Source: a virus (lineage: Duplodnaviria > Caudoviricetes). Taken from it: a DNA stretch of 64,000 nt. Location of the stretch: IMG/VR virus record IMGVR_UViG_3300021431_004532, positions 5,612-69,611 of that record. One strand, written 5' to 3'. Of this stretch, positions 1 through 8,767 are shown piece by piece; the first letter of the stretch is position 1; every line of letters starts with the position of its first letter. The position numbers were made by a program, and so were the translations under genes. A model generated the notes under the pieces. It made no database searches, was not told where the DNA came from, and saw only the letters and a program-made list of their open reading frames with translations.

Positions 1-14
1 ATATAAAGGGAACT

Positions 15-347
15 ATGAATATGAAGATTTTGGATTTGCCACTGAAAAAGGAGTGGTATAACATGATTGAGAGTGGTGAGAAACCAGAGGAATATAGAGA
101 GATTAAACCTTATTGGAGTAAAAGATTTGTCGGATTTGATAAGCCTCTATTCTCTCACCGTTACGGCTATCAACATGCTAACGTGAAAGGTTATACTCAC
201 GTCCGTTTCCGCTACGGCTACACAAAGCGCACTATGCTCTACAAGATAGATGAAATTATCATCGGACGTGGCAACCCTTATTGGGGTGCGCCAACTGACA
301 AAGACGTATTCATTATTAAGTTTCACAAGGTTCTTAATAATGGATAG
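15..347 (+). CDS. ASCH-domain-like protein
   Basis: N-terminal LxLKKEWYxMIxSGEKxEEYREIKPYW motif typical of phage ASCH/PUA-like proteins. Confidence 0.7.
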   Translation: MNMKILDLPLKKEWYNMIESGEKPEEYREIKPYWSKRFVGFDKPLFSHRYGYQHANVKGYTHVRFRYGYTKRTMLYKIDEIIIGRGNPYWGAPTDKDVFIIKFHKVLNNG

Positions 348-360
348 CATTGACGCACCG

Positions 361-687
361 CTATGAGGTTACTTTTTGCATGCGAGGTTTATTTCTCCAT
401 ACTACAGGCTCAGGTTTGTCATAGCCTCCTTTGAATATGCTACCCTCTCCAGTCAAAAGCCACTCAGCAGAAACATCGTGATACTTTACCAGCAGGGCTA
501 GCACCTCTGGTTTTAAGACCGAGTTCTCTGGGTGAGCTTTAATGTGCAACACATTCCTCCTGTTCAGTCCATATTTAGAAGTGAATGTCTGCAAGCCTCT
601 AAAGTATCTGGTCTCGACCAGTATGTCGATAGCCTCAAAAAATCGTTTTGTTATGGCTATACCAGTATCGGAGACAATCATTGCCAT
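361..687 (-). CDS. XRE-like HTH protein
   Basis: C-terminal VSAEWLLTGEG motif of phage repressor HTH domains; cotranscribed behind the cI-like gene. Confidence 0.6.
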   Translation of the reverse strand: MAMIVSDTGIAITKRFFEAIDILVETRYFRGLQTFTSKYGLNRRNVLHIKAHPENSVLKPEVLALLVKYHDVSAEWLLTGEGSIFKGGYDKPEPVVWRNKPRMQKVTS

Positions 688-689
688 AG

Positions 690-1079
690 TTATACGAGTT
701 TGTTTTCTATGATAGTAATAAGCCTGTCTAGATTTTGTGCATTAAGTTTGTTTGCCTCTGCATTCATTAGATTAGCGTCAGCATTCTTCTTGCCGAGACT
801 GATAAACTCCTGCATCATCTTTACCATGGCGAGCATATTGTCTTCACCATTCTTAGAAATTTCTAAATCTGGAGAGTTGGTCATTTCGCCAAAACCAGTT
901 TTCAGCCAGTCGATGTTAAGATGTGGGAATCCCTTTTTTATCAGTTCCAGTGAGCCATCTGTGATATTGTCTCCAACCTTGTTACAGAAGCCGTTAGAGA
1001 GTCCACACTTTCTCTCGAATGCTGATAATTTCAGGTTTTCGCTGGCAATGAATTCAAGTAGTCTGTCTTTTACACCCAT
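690..1079 (-). CDS. CI-like repressor (HTH, no S24 peptidase domain)
   Basis: LSAFERKCGLSNG helix-turn-helix and LNIDWLKTGFGEM motif; divergent from the cro-like gene. Confidence 0.7.
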   Translation of the reverse strand: MGVKDRLLEFIASENLKLSAFERKCGLSNGFCNKVGDNITDGSLELIKKGFPHLNIDWLKTGFGEMTNSPDLEISKNGEDNMLAMVKMMQEFISLGKKNADANLMNAEANKLNAQNLDRLITIIENKLV

Positions 1080-1114
1080 ATATGTTAAATTTTATGAAGC
1101 AATGGCAAAAACTT

Positions 1115-1144
1115 AGAATATTCTTAGAATATTCAGAATATTTT
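1115..1144. promoter_or_regulatory. Three tandem operator-like palindromes AGAATATTCT / AGAATATTCA / AGAATATTTT
   Basis: At 1115, 1126 and 1135 in the cI-cro intergenic region; the first is a perfect 10-bp palindrome; they lie just upstream of the rightward -7 box. Confidence 0.65.
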
Positions 1145-1147
1145 TTG

Positions 1148-1155
1148 TACCTTTG
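1148..1155 (+). promoter_or_regulatory. Bacteroidetes sigma70 -7 element (TACCTTTG), rightward lytic promoter
   Basis: Matches TAnnTTTG consensus 39 nt upstream of cro ATG. Confidence 0.7.
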
Positions 1156-1193
1156 CATTACTATTTTAATACAACAATGCAAAATTAGTAAAA

Positions 1194-1442
1194 ATGAGCG
1201 AAGAAACAAAGAAAATGAATGAAAAAAAGCATAAAATGACCCTGAAGGGCTATTATGCTCAGATTCCAGACGCAAGTCATCCTAAGACTGAGTTTGTGAA
1301 TGAAATCGCTATGGAGGCAGGTGTCTCTGTAGCGACAGTGAGGAATTGGATTGTGTACGGCATGAAACCAGCGAACAAGAGTCACATTGACATTCTTGTC
1401 AGGAAGACTGGCATTCCTGCCGATGAACTATGGGAGGACTGA
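1194..1442 (+). CDS. Cro-like HTH regulator
   Basis: Small HTH (AGVSVATVRNW), first gene of the rightward operon. Confidence 0.65.
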   Translation: MSEETKKMNEKKHKMTLKGYYAQIPDASHPKTEFVNEIAMEAGVSVATVRNWIVYGMKPANKSHIDILVRKTGIPADELWED

Positions 1443-1990
1443 TGAAAGATTACGAGTTCTACACAATAGACGGAGAGGTGTGGTATCTTACATCTGACGG
1501 AAAGAATGAGAAGTTAGACGAGTCAAAAGAAGACGTTGTCACTATTCTCATAGACAGAATAATGGAGTGCTACCCTGAGGCGTATAAAGCTCTGACCCAG
1601 TGCTACGGCAAAAGTGCTATGAATGTACCTTATTACAGGTATCTGATAGCACGCAGGTTCTGTAAGTGTAACTTTGGAAAACTCGACACTACCGAAGTTG
1701 ACTACAGGTCAGTAGATAGCATGAGGTTTGAGAAGGTGCCATGCCCTCTCAGGGGCGAGTGTCCTTTTGAGGGAGTGATATGTATGCCGAAGTTCAACAC
1801 GAAGCTGTCGAATGCCGAGTTAAAGGTTATGCGACTGGTGTACGAGGGGTACAGCAACGAAGAGGTAGCTAATACTCTTTTCCTCTCTCCTTTCACAGTG
1901 AAGAACCATATCAAGTCAGTGTATGCCAAGTTAGGAATACACGAAAAGAGTGAGTTTATTCAGTATGCTAACAAGAATAGCATTTTTTAG
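1442..1990 (+). CDS. LuxR/GerE-type HTH transcriptional regulator
   Basis: C-terminal LSNAELKVMRLVYEGYSNEEVANTLFLSPFTVKNHIKSVYAKLGI; ATG overlaps the cro stop. Confidence 0.85.
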   Translation: MKDYEFYTIDGEVWYLTSDGKNEKLDESKEDVVTILIDRIMECYPEAYKALTQCYGKSAMNVPYYRYLIARRFCKCNFGKLDTTEVDYRSVDSMRFEKVPCPLRGECPFEGVICMPKFNTKLSNAELKVMRLVYEGYSNEEVANTLFLSPFTVKNHIKSVYAKLGIHEKSEFIQYANKNSIF

Positions 1991-2021
1991 TTTTATGTTA
2001 AATTTTTAATTACAAAAAGCA

Positions 2022-2969
2022 ATGAGTTCATTATTTAAGAAACCAAGTGAATTAGAGTATGTGACCACTATCAAGATGCTGGTCTATGGTCAGCCTGGTA
2101 TTGGCAAGTCAACAATGGCATTGAGCGCTCCTACACCTGTCCTGTTTGATTTCGACGGTGGTGTTCAGCGAGTAAACGTAGCGTTCCAGTGTCCTACCCT
2201 GCAGGTAAAGAGTTGGGAGGAAGCGTTACAGGCTCTGGAGGAATTGAAGAGTGGCGAGGTTGATTGCAAGACCATCGTTATCGACACCGCAGGCAAGATG
2301 TTGGATTTCATGTCCGACTACATCATGCGTAACGATTCTAAGATGCGTATGCGTGACGGCTCTCTCAGCCTTAAAGGCTACGGAGCACGCAAGGTGATGT
2401 TCCAGAATTTCCTCAGAGAGGTGGCCATGATGGGTAAGCACATCGTATTCGTAGCACATGAACGAGAGGAGAAGGACGGTGAGACAAAGGTTGTACGTCC
2501 TGAGATAGGTGGTTCCTCTGCAGGAGACCTCATGAAGGAACTTGACCTTGTAGGTTATGTTCAGGCAGTAGGTTCGGACCGCACGGTGTACTGGACTCCA
2601 CAGGAGAAGTTCTACGCCAAGAACACTTGCAACCTGCCTGCATGGCAGAAGATACCAGTCATCATTGACGCCAACGGCAATGTAACCCAGCAGAATGACA
2701 CTCTCCAGAAGGTGTTTGCTAACTATGCGGGTAACATCAAGAAGATAGAAGAGACTCGCAAGAAGTACAACGAGCTTCTTGAGGAAATCGAGACAGCTAT
2801 CGAGAACATCACTGACGCAAGGGGTGCCAACGAGTTTGCCAAAGCAATCTCTGAGGTTGATGTTATCTGGGACAGCAAGGTACGTGCTAGGGAATTGTTC
2901 AAGGTCAAGGTAGAGTCCTTGAAACTCAAGTGGAATGCTAAGACTAAGACGTATGAAGACGCAGCCTAG
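2022..2969 (+). CDS. AAA_24 / Sak4-like ATPase (recombinase module)
   Basis: Walker A GQPGIGKS, Walker B IVIDT, VAHERE; next to nuclease and SSB-like genes. Confidence 0.8.
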   Translation: MSSLFKKPSELEYVTTIKMLVYGQPGIGKSTMALSAPTPVLFDFDGGVQRVNVAFQCPTLQVKSWEEALQALEELKSGEVDCKTIVIDTAGKMLDFMSDYIMRNDSKMRMRDGSLSLKGYGARKVMFQNFLREVAMMGKHIVFVAHEREEKDGETKVVRPEIGGSSAGDLMKELDLVGYVQAVGSDRTVYWTPQEKFYAKNTCNLPAWQKIPVIIDANGNVTQQNDTLQKVFANYAGNIKKIEETRKKYNELLEEIETAIENITDARGANEFAKAISEVDVIWDSKVRARELFKVKVESLKLKWNAKTKTYEDAA

Positions 2970-3906
2970 TATCAGTTACGCATTTTCTCCGTCTCTGTTG
3001 GATGCCTTCCAGCGCATGCTCGACACCAAAGCAGAAGAATATTTCTACAAGGACGAGAGTGGCGCTTGGCATCTCAACTGGAACGAGACGGAGGAAACGC
3101 TCCACTTCTCGGAGGAAGAGGTTGACGCTCTCCTGAAGCAGGAGTTCATCGACAGGGTGAACAAAGTACCTGAGCCACCTTCTGAGGCGGCAAGCAAGGG
3201 AACTGCATTCAATGAGATTGTTGACTGCCTTGTGAAGCAATGCAAGCCTTTGAGAGAGGACGTAGTCATTAAGACGATACGCAATGGAGAGGATCTGTAC
3301 GATGCTCGTATCAAGAAGCTGTCATACGAGGCAGATGTCTTAGGTAAGGACGTTGTTCCAGAGACCCTGCCGAAGCAGGAGAGCATTGACCAGTTCGCTA
3401 AGATAGGCGTGCCTTTCATCTATGCATCGGTAGATGGTTTTGAGTTCTTCTTTGATAAGAGCCTCTGTTTGCAGGCATCAGAGTATTTCAAGAACAGTAT
3501 CTGTCAGTATTATACGAAAGCCAATCTGGAGACATCGAAAGGTGTCGTCGAATTGCATGGGTACATTGACTATCTCAGACAGGATAAACTGTATGACGCC
3601 AAGACTACCAAGCAGTATGCTTTTGGCAACTATCAGAAGAAATGGCAGAGGTTCACCTATCCGTTTGCAATGATAGAGTCGGGAATGATGAATGATGTTA
3701 CGTCATTTGAGTTCACGATATACGTTCTTAAAGGCGGTAGCAGTCGCACCCCTCTCATTACTGGCACTCAGTACAAGGAAGTTTATACCTACGACCATGA
3801 GCAGGCAAGAACAATGCTTACCCAGCAGTGCGAAAGGCTGATAGAGTTCCTTGAAGAGAACAGAAGTTCGATAACAAATATGAAAGTATTCGGTAAAACA
3901 GAATAG
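2953..3906 (+). CDS. PD-(D/E)XK exonuclease-like protein
   Basis: GTAFNEIVD ... HGYIDYL ... YDAKTT motif order; position in recombination module. Confidence 0.6.
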   Translation: MKTQPSISYAFSPSLLDAFQRMLDTKAEEYFYKDESGAWHLNWNETEETLHFSEEEVDALLKQEFIDRVNKVPEPPSEAASKGTAFNEIVDCLVKQCKPLREDVVIKTIRNGEDLYDARIKKLSYEADVLGKDVVPETLPKQESIDQFAKIGVPFIYASVDGFEFFFDKSLCLQASEYFKNSICQYYTKANLETSKGVVELHGYIDYLRQDKLYDAKTTKQYAFGNYQKKWQRFTYPFAMIESGMMNDVTSFEFTIYVLKGGSSRTPLITGTQYKEVYTYDHEQARTMLTQQCERLIEFLEENRSSITNMKVFGKTE

Positions 3907-3908
3907 TT

Positions 3909-4355
3909 ATGGCATTTCAGATTACAGGTAAATTAGAGTTGGTGGGAGAAGTAACCACCAACTCTAATAAAGACGGTAAGACGTTTTCAAGAAGAAAGTT
4001 CGTGCTTGACTGCACAAGATACAACCCTGACACTGGTGACCCGTGGGAGAACCACCCTGAGTTTGAACTATCAGGCGACAAGTGCTCTCTGGTGGATCAG
4101 TTCAAGGTAGGTCAGCGATTAACGGTAGATTTCGTTCTAAGAGGAACAAAATATACAGACAAGCAGACAGGTGAAATAAAGTATTTCACGACAATCAGTG
4201 CATTCAAGATTCAACCTGCAGAACAGCAGTACAACCAGAATTCTTCTCAGCAACAGAAGGCAACACAGGCAGCAACGTCACAGCCTGCTGCTAGCGTGGC
4301 ACAGTCACCTCAAGGCGAGGGTGTTGCAGAAGAGCCTGACAATCTGCCGTTCTAA
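3909..4355 (+). CDS. DUF3127-type single-stranded DNA-binding protein
   Basis: OB-fold-like N-terminus, Q/A-rich linker, acidic C-terminal DNLPF tail. Confidence 0.75.
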   Translation: MAFQITGKLELVGEVTTNSNKDGKTFSRRKFVLDCTRYNPDTGDPWENHPEFELSGDKCSLVDQFKVGQRLTVDFVLRGTKYTDKQTGEIKYFTTISAFKIQPAEQQYNQNSSQQQKATQAATSQPAASVAQSPQGEGVAEEPDNLPF

Positions 4356-4371
4356 TCTAAGTAGTTTTGTT

Positions 4372-4827
4372 ATGGCGATATTCAACCTACATAACCCTTA
4401 TGAGTTACAGCAGTTCAAGGATTACTGCAACAGAATGGTAAAAGAGTGCGTCAATGCTCCACTGGGAATAGTAGAGGTAAAGAAAAAGCACAGGCAACGT
4501 TCATCGTCGCAGAATTCCTACCTGCATGTGTGTCTTGGTTACTATGCCTCAGAGTTCGGCTATACGATAGAGGAAGTGAAGCAGGACATATTCAAGAGGC
4601 AACTTAATAAGGATATATTTGAGGTAGAGAGGGTAAACAAACGTGGTCAGAAAGTCAGGAGACTGAGAAGTAGCCGTGACCTTGATACGGCTGAAATGAC
4701 TACAGCCATAGAAAGGTTCAGGAACTGGAGTTCTGCCGTTGCTGGTCTGTATATACCCTCGCCAAACGAGACTGAGGCATTATTTGAAGCGCAGAGGCAA
4801 ATGGAAGCCTATGCAGAATATTTGTAA
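4372..4827 (+). CDS. NinB-like recombination protein
   Basis: RSSSQNSYLH motif and SSRDLDTAEMTTAIE resemble the NinB/Orf family. Confidence 0.6.
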   Translation: MAIFNLHNPYELQQFKDYCNRMVKECVNAPLGIVEVKKKHRQRSSSQNSYLHVCLGYYASEFGYTIEEVKQDIFKRQLNKDIFEVERVNKRGQKVRRLRSSRDLDTAEMTTAIERFRNWSSAVAGLYIPSPNETEALFEAQRQMEAYAEYL

Positions 4828-4846
4828 AACCCTAAAGTAAAAGAAA

Positions 4847-5290
4847 ATGGTAGAATTTGAAGAAGGACCTAGAGAGGTTACGATTTCCCTGAAAAGGTAT
4901 GATGAACTAATAGGCGAAATCCACGACAAGAAAGAAAGAATTGAATCCCTGCATCGTGAAATGGATGAGCTCAAGAAAAAGCATGCCACAGAAATTCATG
5001 CTATGATTGAAGAAGGCAAGGTGCGTGTGATTAGAGCAAAGAGAATTGGACTTTTGCCCTGGAGCATGAAATTTAATACTGAGTATCTTAATTTTGACGA
5101 TGTCAAAGAAGATGTCTATCAGCATTTCAAGGACGGTCTTTTTGACGACGAGTTCAAGAAAGCCTTTGCTGAGCGCATAGAAGCATTGAGCAAAGAGAAG
5201 ACAGATAACATGAATAAAATACTTGAATTGGAGCATGAGTTACGTAAACTCAAGAACCGTTCATGGTGGCAACGTTTGTTTAACATTTAA
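4847..5290 (+). CDS. Hypothetical coiled-coil protein
   Basis: 147-aa ORF in operon. Confidence 0.5.
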   Translation: MVEFEEGPREVTISLKRYDELIGEIHDKKERIESLHREMDELKKKHATEIHAMIEEGKVRVIRAKRIGLLPWSMKFNTEYLNFDDVKEDVYQHFKDGLFDDEFKKAFAERIEALSKEKTDNMNKILELEHELRKLKNRSWWQRLFNI

Positions 5291-5307
5291 TCAACATCAG
5301 TAAAAGT

Positions 5308-5994
5308 ATGTACGCAGATTTAAGTAATTACGTTCCTGCAGAAATAGAGTATATTCTGGAGGAGCATGTAAAAGAAATTTTCCCAGCGCAGTTAGATTTC
5401 TCTACAGCCAAAGGTGCTAAGAAGTTCAAGAATTCAGCAGACGCTCTCAAGTTCGTGGCAGACAATCTGGTTGCTACGTTCCCCACTGGTGAGACGGTTA
5501 TGCGTAAGCTTGACGATTTCGAGATACGCAATATCCGTGAAGAGTATTGCGTGATGCAGGAGAATGAGGTGCCAAAGCGCAAGCAGAACCTCGAAGAGAC
5601 TCTTGAGGAAATCAAGCTCATGAAGAAGAGAGCAGAGCAGGCATACGACTCTATTCTTGAAGAGGTCGCTCGATATGCCGCTGAGGTCAAGCGTGGCACC
5701 AGAGAGGTGAAACTTTCGTCAAAAGACACCTTCTGTATAGCACTTGCTGGTTATTATCTTATCTACACCTACGACAAGAAGAAGAATGCTTTCGTACTTG
5801 CAAAGGCATTTGAGGTATCAGACCATCAGGAGCTTTGGGCGAACGAAGAGAAGAACAGAGAAGCGATGATGACGCTCTTTGGTCTCGAGTTCCCTGAGAC
5901 ACCAAAGCCTGAGGAAAAGGGTGCAGAGGGTGACAACGACCTACCTTTCGCTGGAGAAGATGAAGTTGAAAACGAGAATGGTGACGAAGAGTAA
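5308..5994 (+). CDS. Hypothetical phage protein with acidic tail
   Basis: 228-aa ORF whose stop overlaps the helicase ATG. Confidence 0.55.
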   Translation: MYADLSNYVPAEIEYILEEHVKEIFPAQLDFSTAKGAKKFKNSADALKFVADNLVATFPTGETVMRKLDDFEIRNIREEYCVMQENEVPKRKQNLEETLEEIKLMKKRAEQAYDSILEEVARYAAEVKRGTREVKLSSKDTFCIALAGYYLIYTYDKKKNAFVLAKAFEVSDHQELWANEEKNREAMMTLFGLEFPETPKPEEKGAEGDNDLPFAGEDEVENENGDEE

Positions 5995-7169
5995 TGCAAT
6001 ACGTTCTCAGGTCATATCAGAAAGAAGCAAGTGACGCAGCCGTAAAAGCCTTTACGTCCAAGAAAGATAGCAATGGATTACTCATTCTACCTACTGGCGC
6101 AGGCAAGAGCCTTGTGATTGCAGATATTGCTCACAGGCTCAGCGGCCCGTTGCTTATTCTGCAACCATCAAAGGAGATTCTTGAACAGAATTTCGCAAAA
6201 CTCCAGTCTTACGGCTGTTGGGATTGTGACGTCTATTCCGCATCGGTGGGAAGGAAGAACATCAACCGAATCACGTTTGCCACCATCAAAAGCGTGATGA
6301 ACCACATGGATGATTTCGCCCACTTCCGCAATGTGATGATAGACGAGTGTCACGGAGTGAACAGCAATGGAGGCATGTATGAAGAGTTCCTTCACGCAGT
6401 ACCACGAAAAGTAGTAGGGCTAACGGCAACGCCATACCGTCTTGGAAGAGGGCTAGAAGGTAAGTCTATGCTGAAATTCCTCACGAGGACGAGACCACAC
6501 ATCTTCAATAGAGTCTTGTATTATTGTCAAGTGTCGGAGTTGCTTGCCAAAGGTTTCCTTGCAGACTTGCAGTATTTTGACCTCACGGCTATCAATCTTG
6601 AAATGGTCAGCAGCAATTCGACAGGAGCGGACTATGACGAAAACAGTCTTAAACTGGAATACGAGAGAAGTGGCTTCTATGACAAACTTACCACTACTAC
6701 CCTGAGGGTATTGAAGCCAAAGAGCGGCATCCCACGTAAGGGTGTACTGGTCTTCACTCGCTTTATTGAAGAAGCTGACAATCTGGTACAGAAGTTGAAG
6801 TTAAAGGGCATCAATGCAGCTATAGTAACTGGAGAGACAAAAAAGAGAGAAAGAGAACGCATACTCAAGGAGTTTAAGGCAGGAGAGATACAGGTGGTAA
6901 CGAATGTAGGCACACTCACAACTGGCTTTGACTACCCTGAGTTAGATACGATAATACTTGCGAGGCCTACGAAGTCGCTTGCTCTGTATTACCAGATGGT
7001 CGGCAGAGCCATACGTCCCTGCAAGGGAAAAGATGCATGGGTAGTAGATTTGGGTGGAAGTTACCGAAGATTTGGTGCTGTATCAGATTTGAAGGTAGAG
7101 TGTCCTGCAGGTACATCTAAATGGGTTATCACATCGAGAGGAAGAGAGTTGACAAATGTAAACTTCTAA
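5994..7169 (+). CDS. Superfamily II DEAD/DEAH helicase (RadD/YejH-like)
   Basis: LPTGAGKS, IDECH, GLTATP, TTGFDYP, QMVGRAIR motifs. Confidence 0.9.
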   Translation: MQYVLRSYQKEASDAAVKAFTSKKDSNGLLILPTGAGKSLVIADIAHRLSGPLLILQPSKEILEQNFAKLQSYGCWDCDVYSASVGRKNINRITFATIKSVMNHMDDFAHFRNVMIDECHGVNSNGGMYEEFLHAVPRKVVGLTATPYRLGRGLEGKSMLKFLTRTRPHIFNRVLYYCQVSELLAKGFLADLQYFDLTAINLEMVSSNSTGADYDENSLKLEYERSGFYDKLTTTTLRVLKPKSGIPRKGVLVFTRFIEEADNLVQKLKLKGINAAIVTGETKKRERERILKEFKAGEIQVVTNVGTLTTGFDYPELDTIILARPTKSLALYYQMVGRAIRPCKGKDAWVVDLGGSYRRFGAVSDLKVECPAGTSKWVITSRGRELTNVNF

Positions 7170-7179
7170 GAAGAACAGT

Positions 7180-7512
7180 ATGAGCAAGATTTATTTGTCT
7201 GGTCCGATAAGTGGCTATGACTATTCGGAAAGAAAACAGACGTTTTTCAGAATACAGCAGAAATTGGAGAAAATGGGGCATGAGGTCTTCAATCCTATGT
7301 TCAACGGACTGCCTGAAGATGCAAGCACCCAAGAACACATGAAAGTAGATTTTCGTATGTTGCTCCAGTGTGATACTATTTTCATGCTACCCAAGTGGAA
7401 CCATAGTGCAGGTTGCCTTCTAGAGCTGAATGTTGCAACGAGTATAGGATGCGAGGTAAGATTCCTTATGTCAAAAGAGCCACTGATTATTGTTGATACA
7501 AAGTTTGAGTGA
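7180..7512 (+). CDS. DUF4406 / nucleoside 2-deoxyribosyltransferase-like protein
   Basis: IYLSGPISG ... VFNP ... CDTIFMLPKW ... SAGCLLE. Confidence 0.75.
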   Translation: MSKIYLSGPISGYDYSERKQTFFRIQQKLEKMGHEVFNPMFNGLPEDASTQEHMKVDFRMLLQCDTIFMLPKWNHSAGCLLELNVATSIGCEVRFLMSKEPLIIVDTKFE

Positions 7513-7700
7513 TGATAAAAGCGTCAGATTGCAAGTGTTGTAAATGCGGTAAGCAAGCAGTAGCCTTTTGGCCTGTATGCGACCCAGATATTCCCTCCCA
7601 CCCCTATTGCAGGAAGTGTTTAGATAAAGAGAAGAGAGAACTGATAATCAAGTTGAACGAAATCGACAAGAAATATGAAAGCAAACGAACTGATGATTAG
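7509..7700 (+). CDS. Small zinc-finger protein
   Basis: CxxC...CxxC pattern; overlapping start/stop. Confidence 0.5.
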   Translation: MMIKASDCKCCKCGKQAVAFWPVCDPDIPSHPYCRKCLDKEKRELIIKLNEIDKKYESKRTDD

Positions 7701-8043
7701 CGACTGGGTAGCGCAAAAGCACGGCGGCCTCCTGCTGAAGGTCAGCGAGGTCAGACCTCCGTACATCATCGCAGATTGCGAGGACGGGCAATTCCACGAG
7801 GACACGCTGGAGCCGATTCAGCTGACTCCAGAGATTCTTGAAAAGAATGGGTTTCATGAGGAGTGGGATGAAGATATTAAACTTATGGTATATGATACTA
7901 TAAGAGTAGAAATAGGAAATAACTACAAGTTATATAAAGATGGAAAAATGTATTTGCACAGAGTATTAGCACCATTATATTACGTTCACGAACTCCAGCA
8001 CGCATTAAGACTTTGTGGAATTGATAAAGAGATTGTATTATAA
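7675..8043 (+). CDS. Hypothetical phage protein
   Basis: ANELMISDWV ... PIQLTPEILEKNGF ... YVHELQHALRLCGI, a common phage family. Confidence 0.6.
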   Translation: MKANELMISDWVAQKHGGLLLKVSEVRPPYIIADCEDGQFHEDTLEPIQLTPEILEKNGFHEEWDEDIKLMVYDTIRVEIGNNYKLYKDGKMYLHRVLAPLYYVHELQHALRLCGIDKEIVL

Positions 8044-8063
8044 AAGACCTAAAGATTAGTGAT

Positions 8064-8561
8064 ATGTTTCCCTGGTATGTGAGGCGAAAGCCTAAGAAGA
8101 AGAAAACGCAAGAGCAGGATTTGTTTCCAAAGGCAAAGAAATCGTCGGGAAGGAAGCCTGCAGACCCTGTCAAGAAACTTGATAAGGTATTCAGTGCTTA
8201 CATCAGACTAAGAGATTCCATGCCCAATGGCTGTTTCCGTTGTATCAGTTGCGGACAGATAAAAAGGTTTGAGCAAGGTGACTGTGGTCATTACCATTCC
8301 AGAGTACACATGGCGACACGCTGGGAACCAGATAACTGCCACATGGAATGTCGTGCTTGCAACAGAGCAAGTGCTGACCACCTCATCGGCTACAGAAGAA
8401 ACCTAGTTGAGAAGATAGGTCTCGACAGGATAAATCGATTGGAATTACTTGCACGTTCTCAGAAACACTGGCTTGATTTTGAGTTGCAGGAGAAGATTGA
8501 TTACTTTACGCTGGAAGTTAAACGCTTGAGGGCAGAAAAGGGAATAGATGTCAAAATATGA
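8064..8561 (+). CDS. ninG: NinG/Rap-like HNH endonuclease
   Basis: LDKVFSAYIRLRD, CISCG, DCGHY, NCHMECRACN. Confidence 0.85.
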   Translation: MFPWYVRRKPKKKKTQEQDLFPKAKKSSGRKPADPVKKLDKVFSAYIRLRDSMPNGCFRCISCGQIKRFEQGDCGHYHSRVHMATRWEPDNCHMECRACNRASADHLIGYRRNLVEKIGLDRINRLELLARSQKHWLDFELQEKIDYFTLEVKRLRAEKGIDVKI

Positions 8562-8603
8562 AAAAATGTTAGCACAATGCGATTTCTGTTGAAAATATGC
8601 GTC

Positions 8604-8633
8604 TATTTCAAACATTTTTTGTACCTTTGTAAA
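8604..8633 (+). promoter_or_regulatory. Class A promoter (TATTTCAAACA box + TACCTTTG) for the replication operon
   Basis: 30 nt identical to 16374-16403; contains TAnnTTTG. Confidence 0.7.
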
Positions 8634-8689
8634 GTAATTAAGATTATCTGTATTGTAGCGTTTACAGATAGTATAACAAGTGAAATAAG

Positions 8690-8760
8690 GGTATTAGACA
8701 GTACAACCTCCAATGCTACCTGTTCCGACAGGGAGGTTGTCTGCCTGATACCTATTTTTT
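8690..8760 (+). terminator. Long nested leader hairpin with U-tract (attenuator-like)
   Basis: 8690-8701 pairs with 8741-8752; 8703-8711 pairs with 8732-8740; followed by TATTTTTT, 7 nt before the rep ATG. Confidence 0.5.
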
Positions 8761-8767
8761 GTACACC

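Noticed and set aside
532-1116. 194-aa plus-strand ORF and other long antisense ORFs (e.g. 12676-13398, 20941-21738, 28553-29254, 56514-57188)
   Set aside because: Shadow frames opposite well-supported genes, with no recognisable motifs
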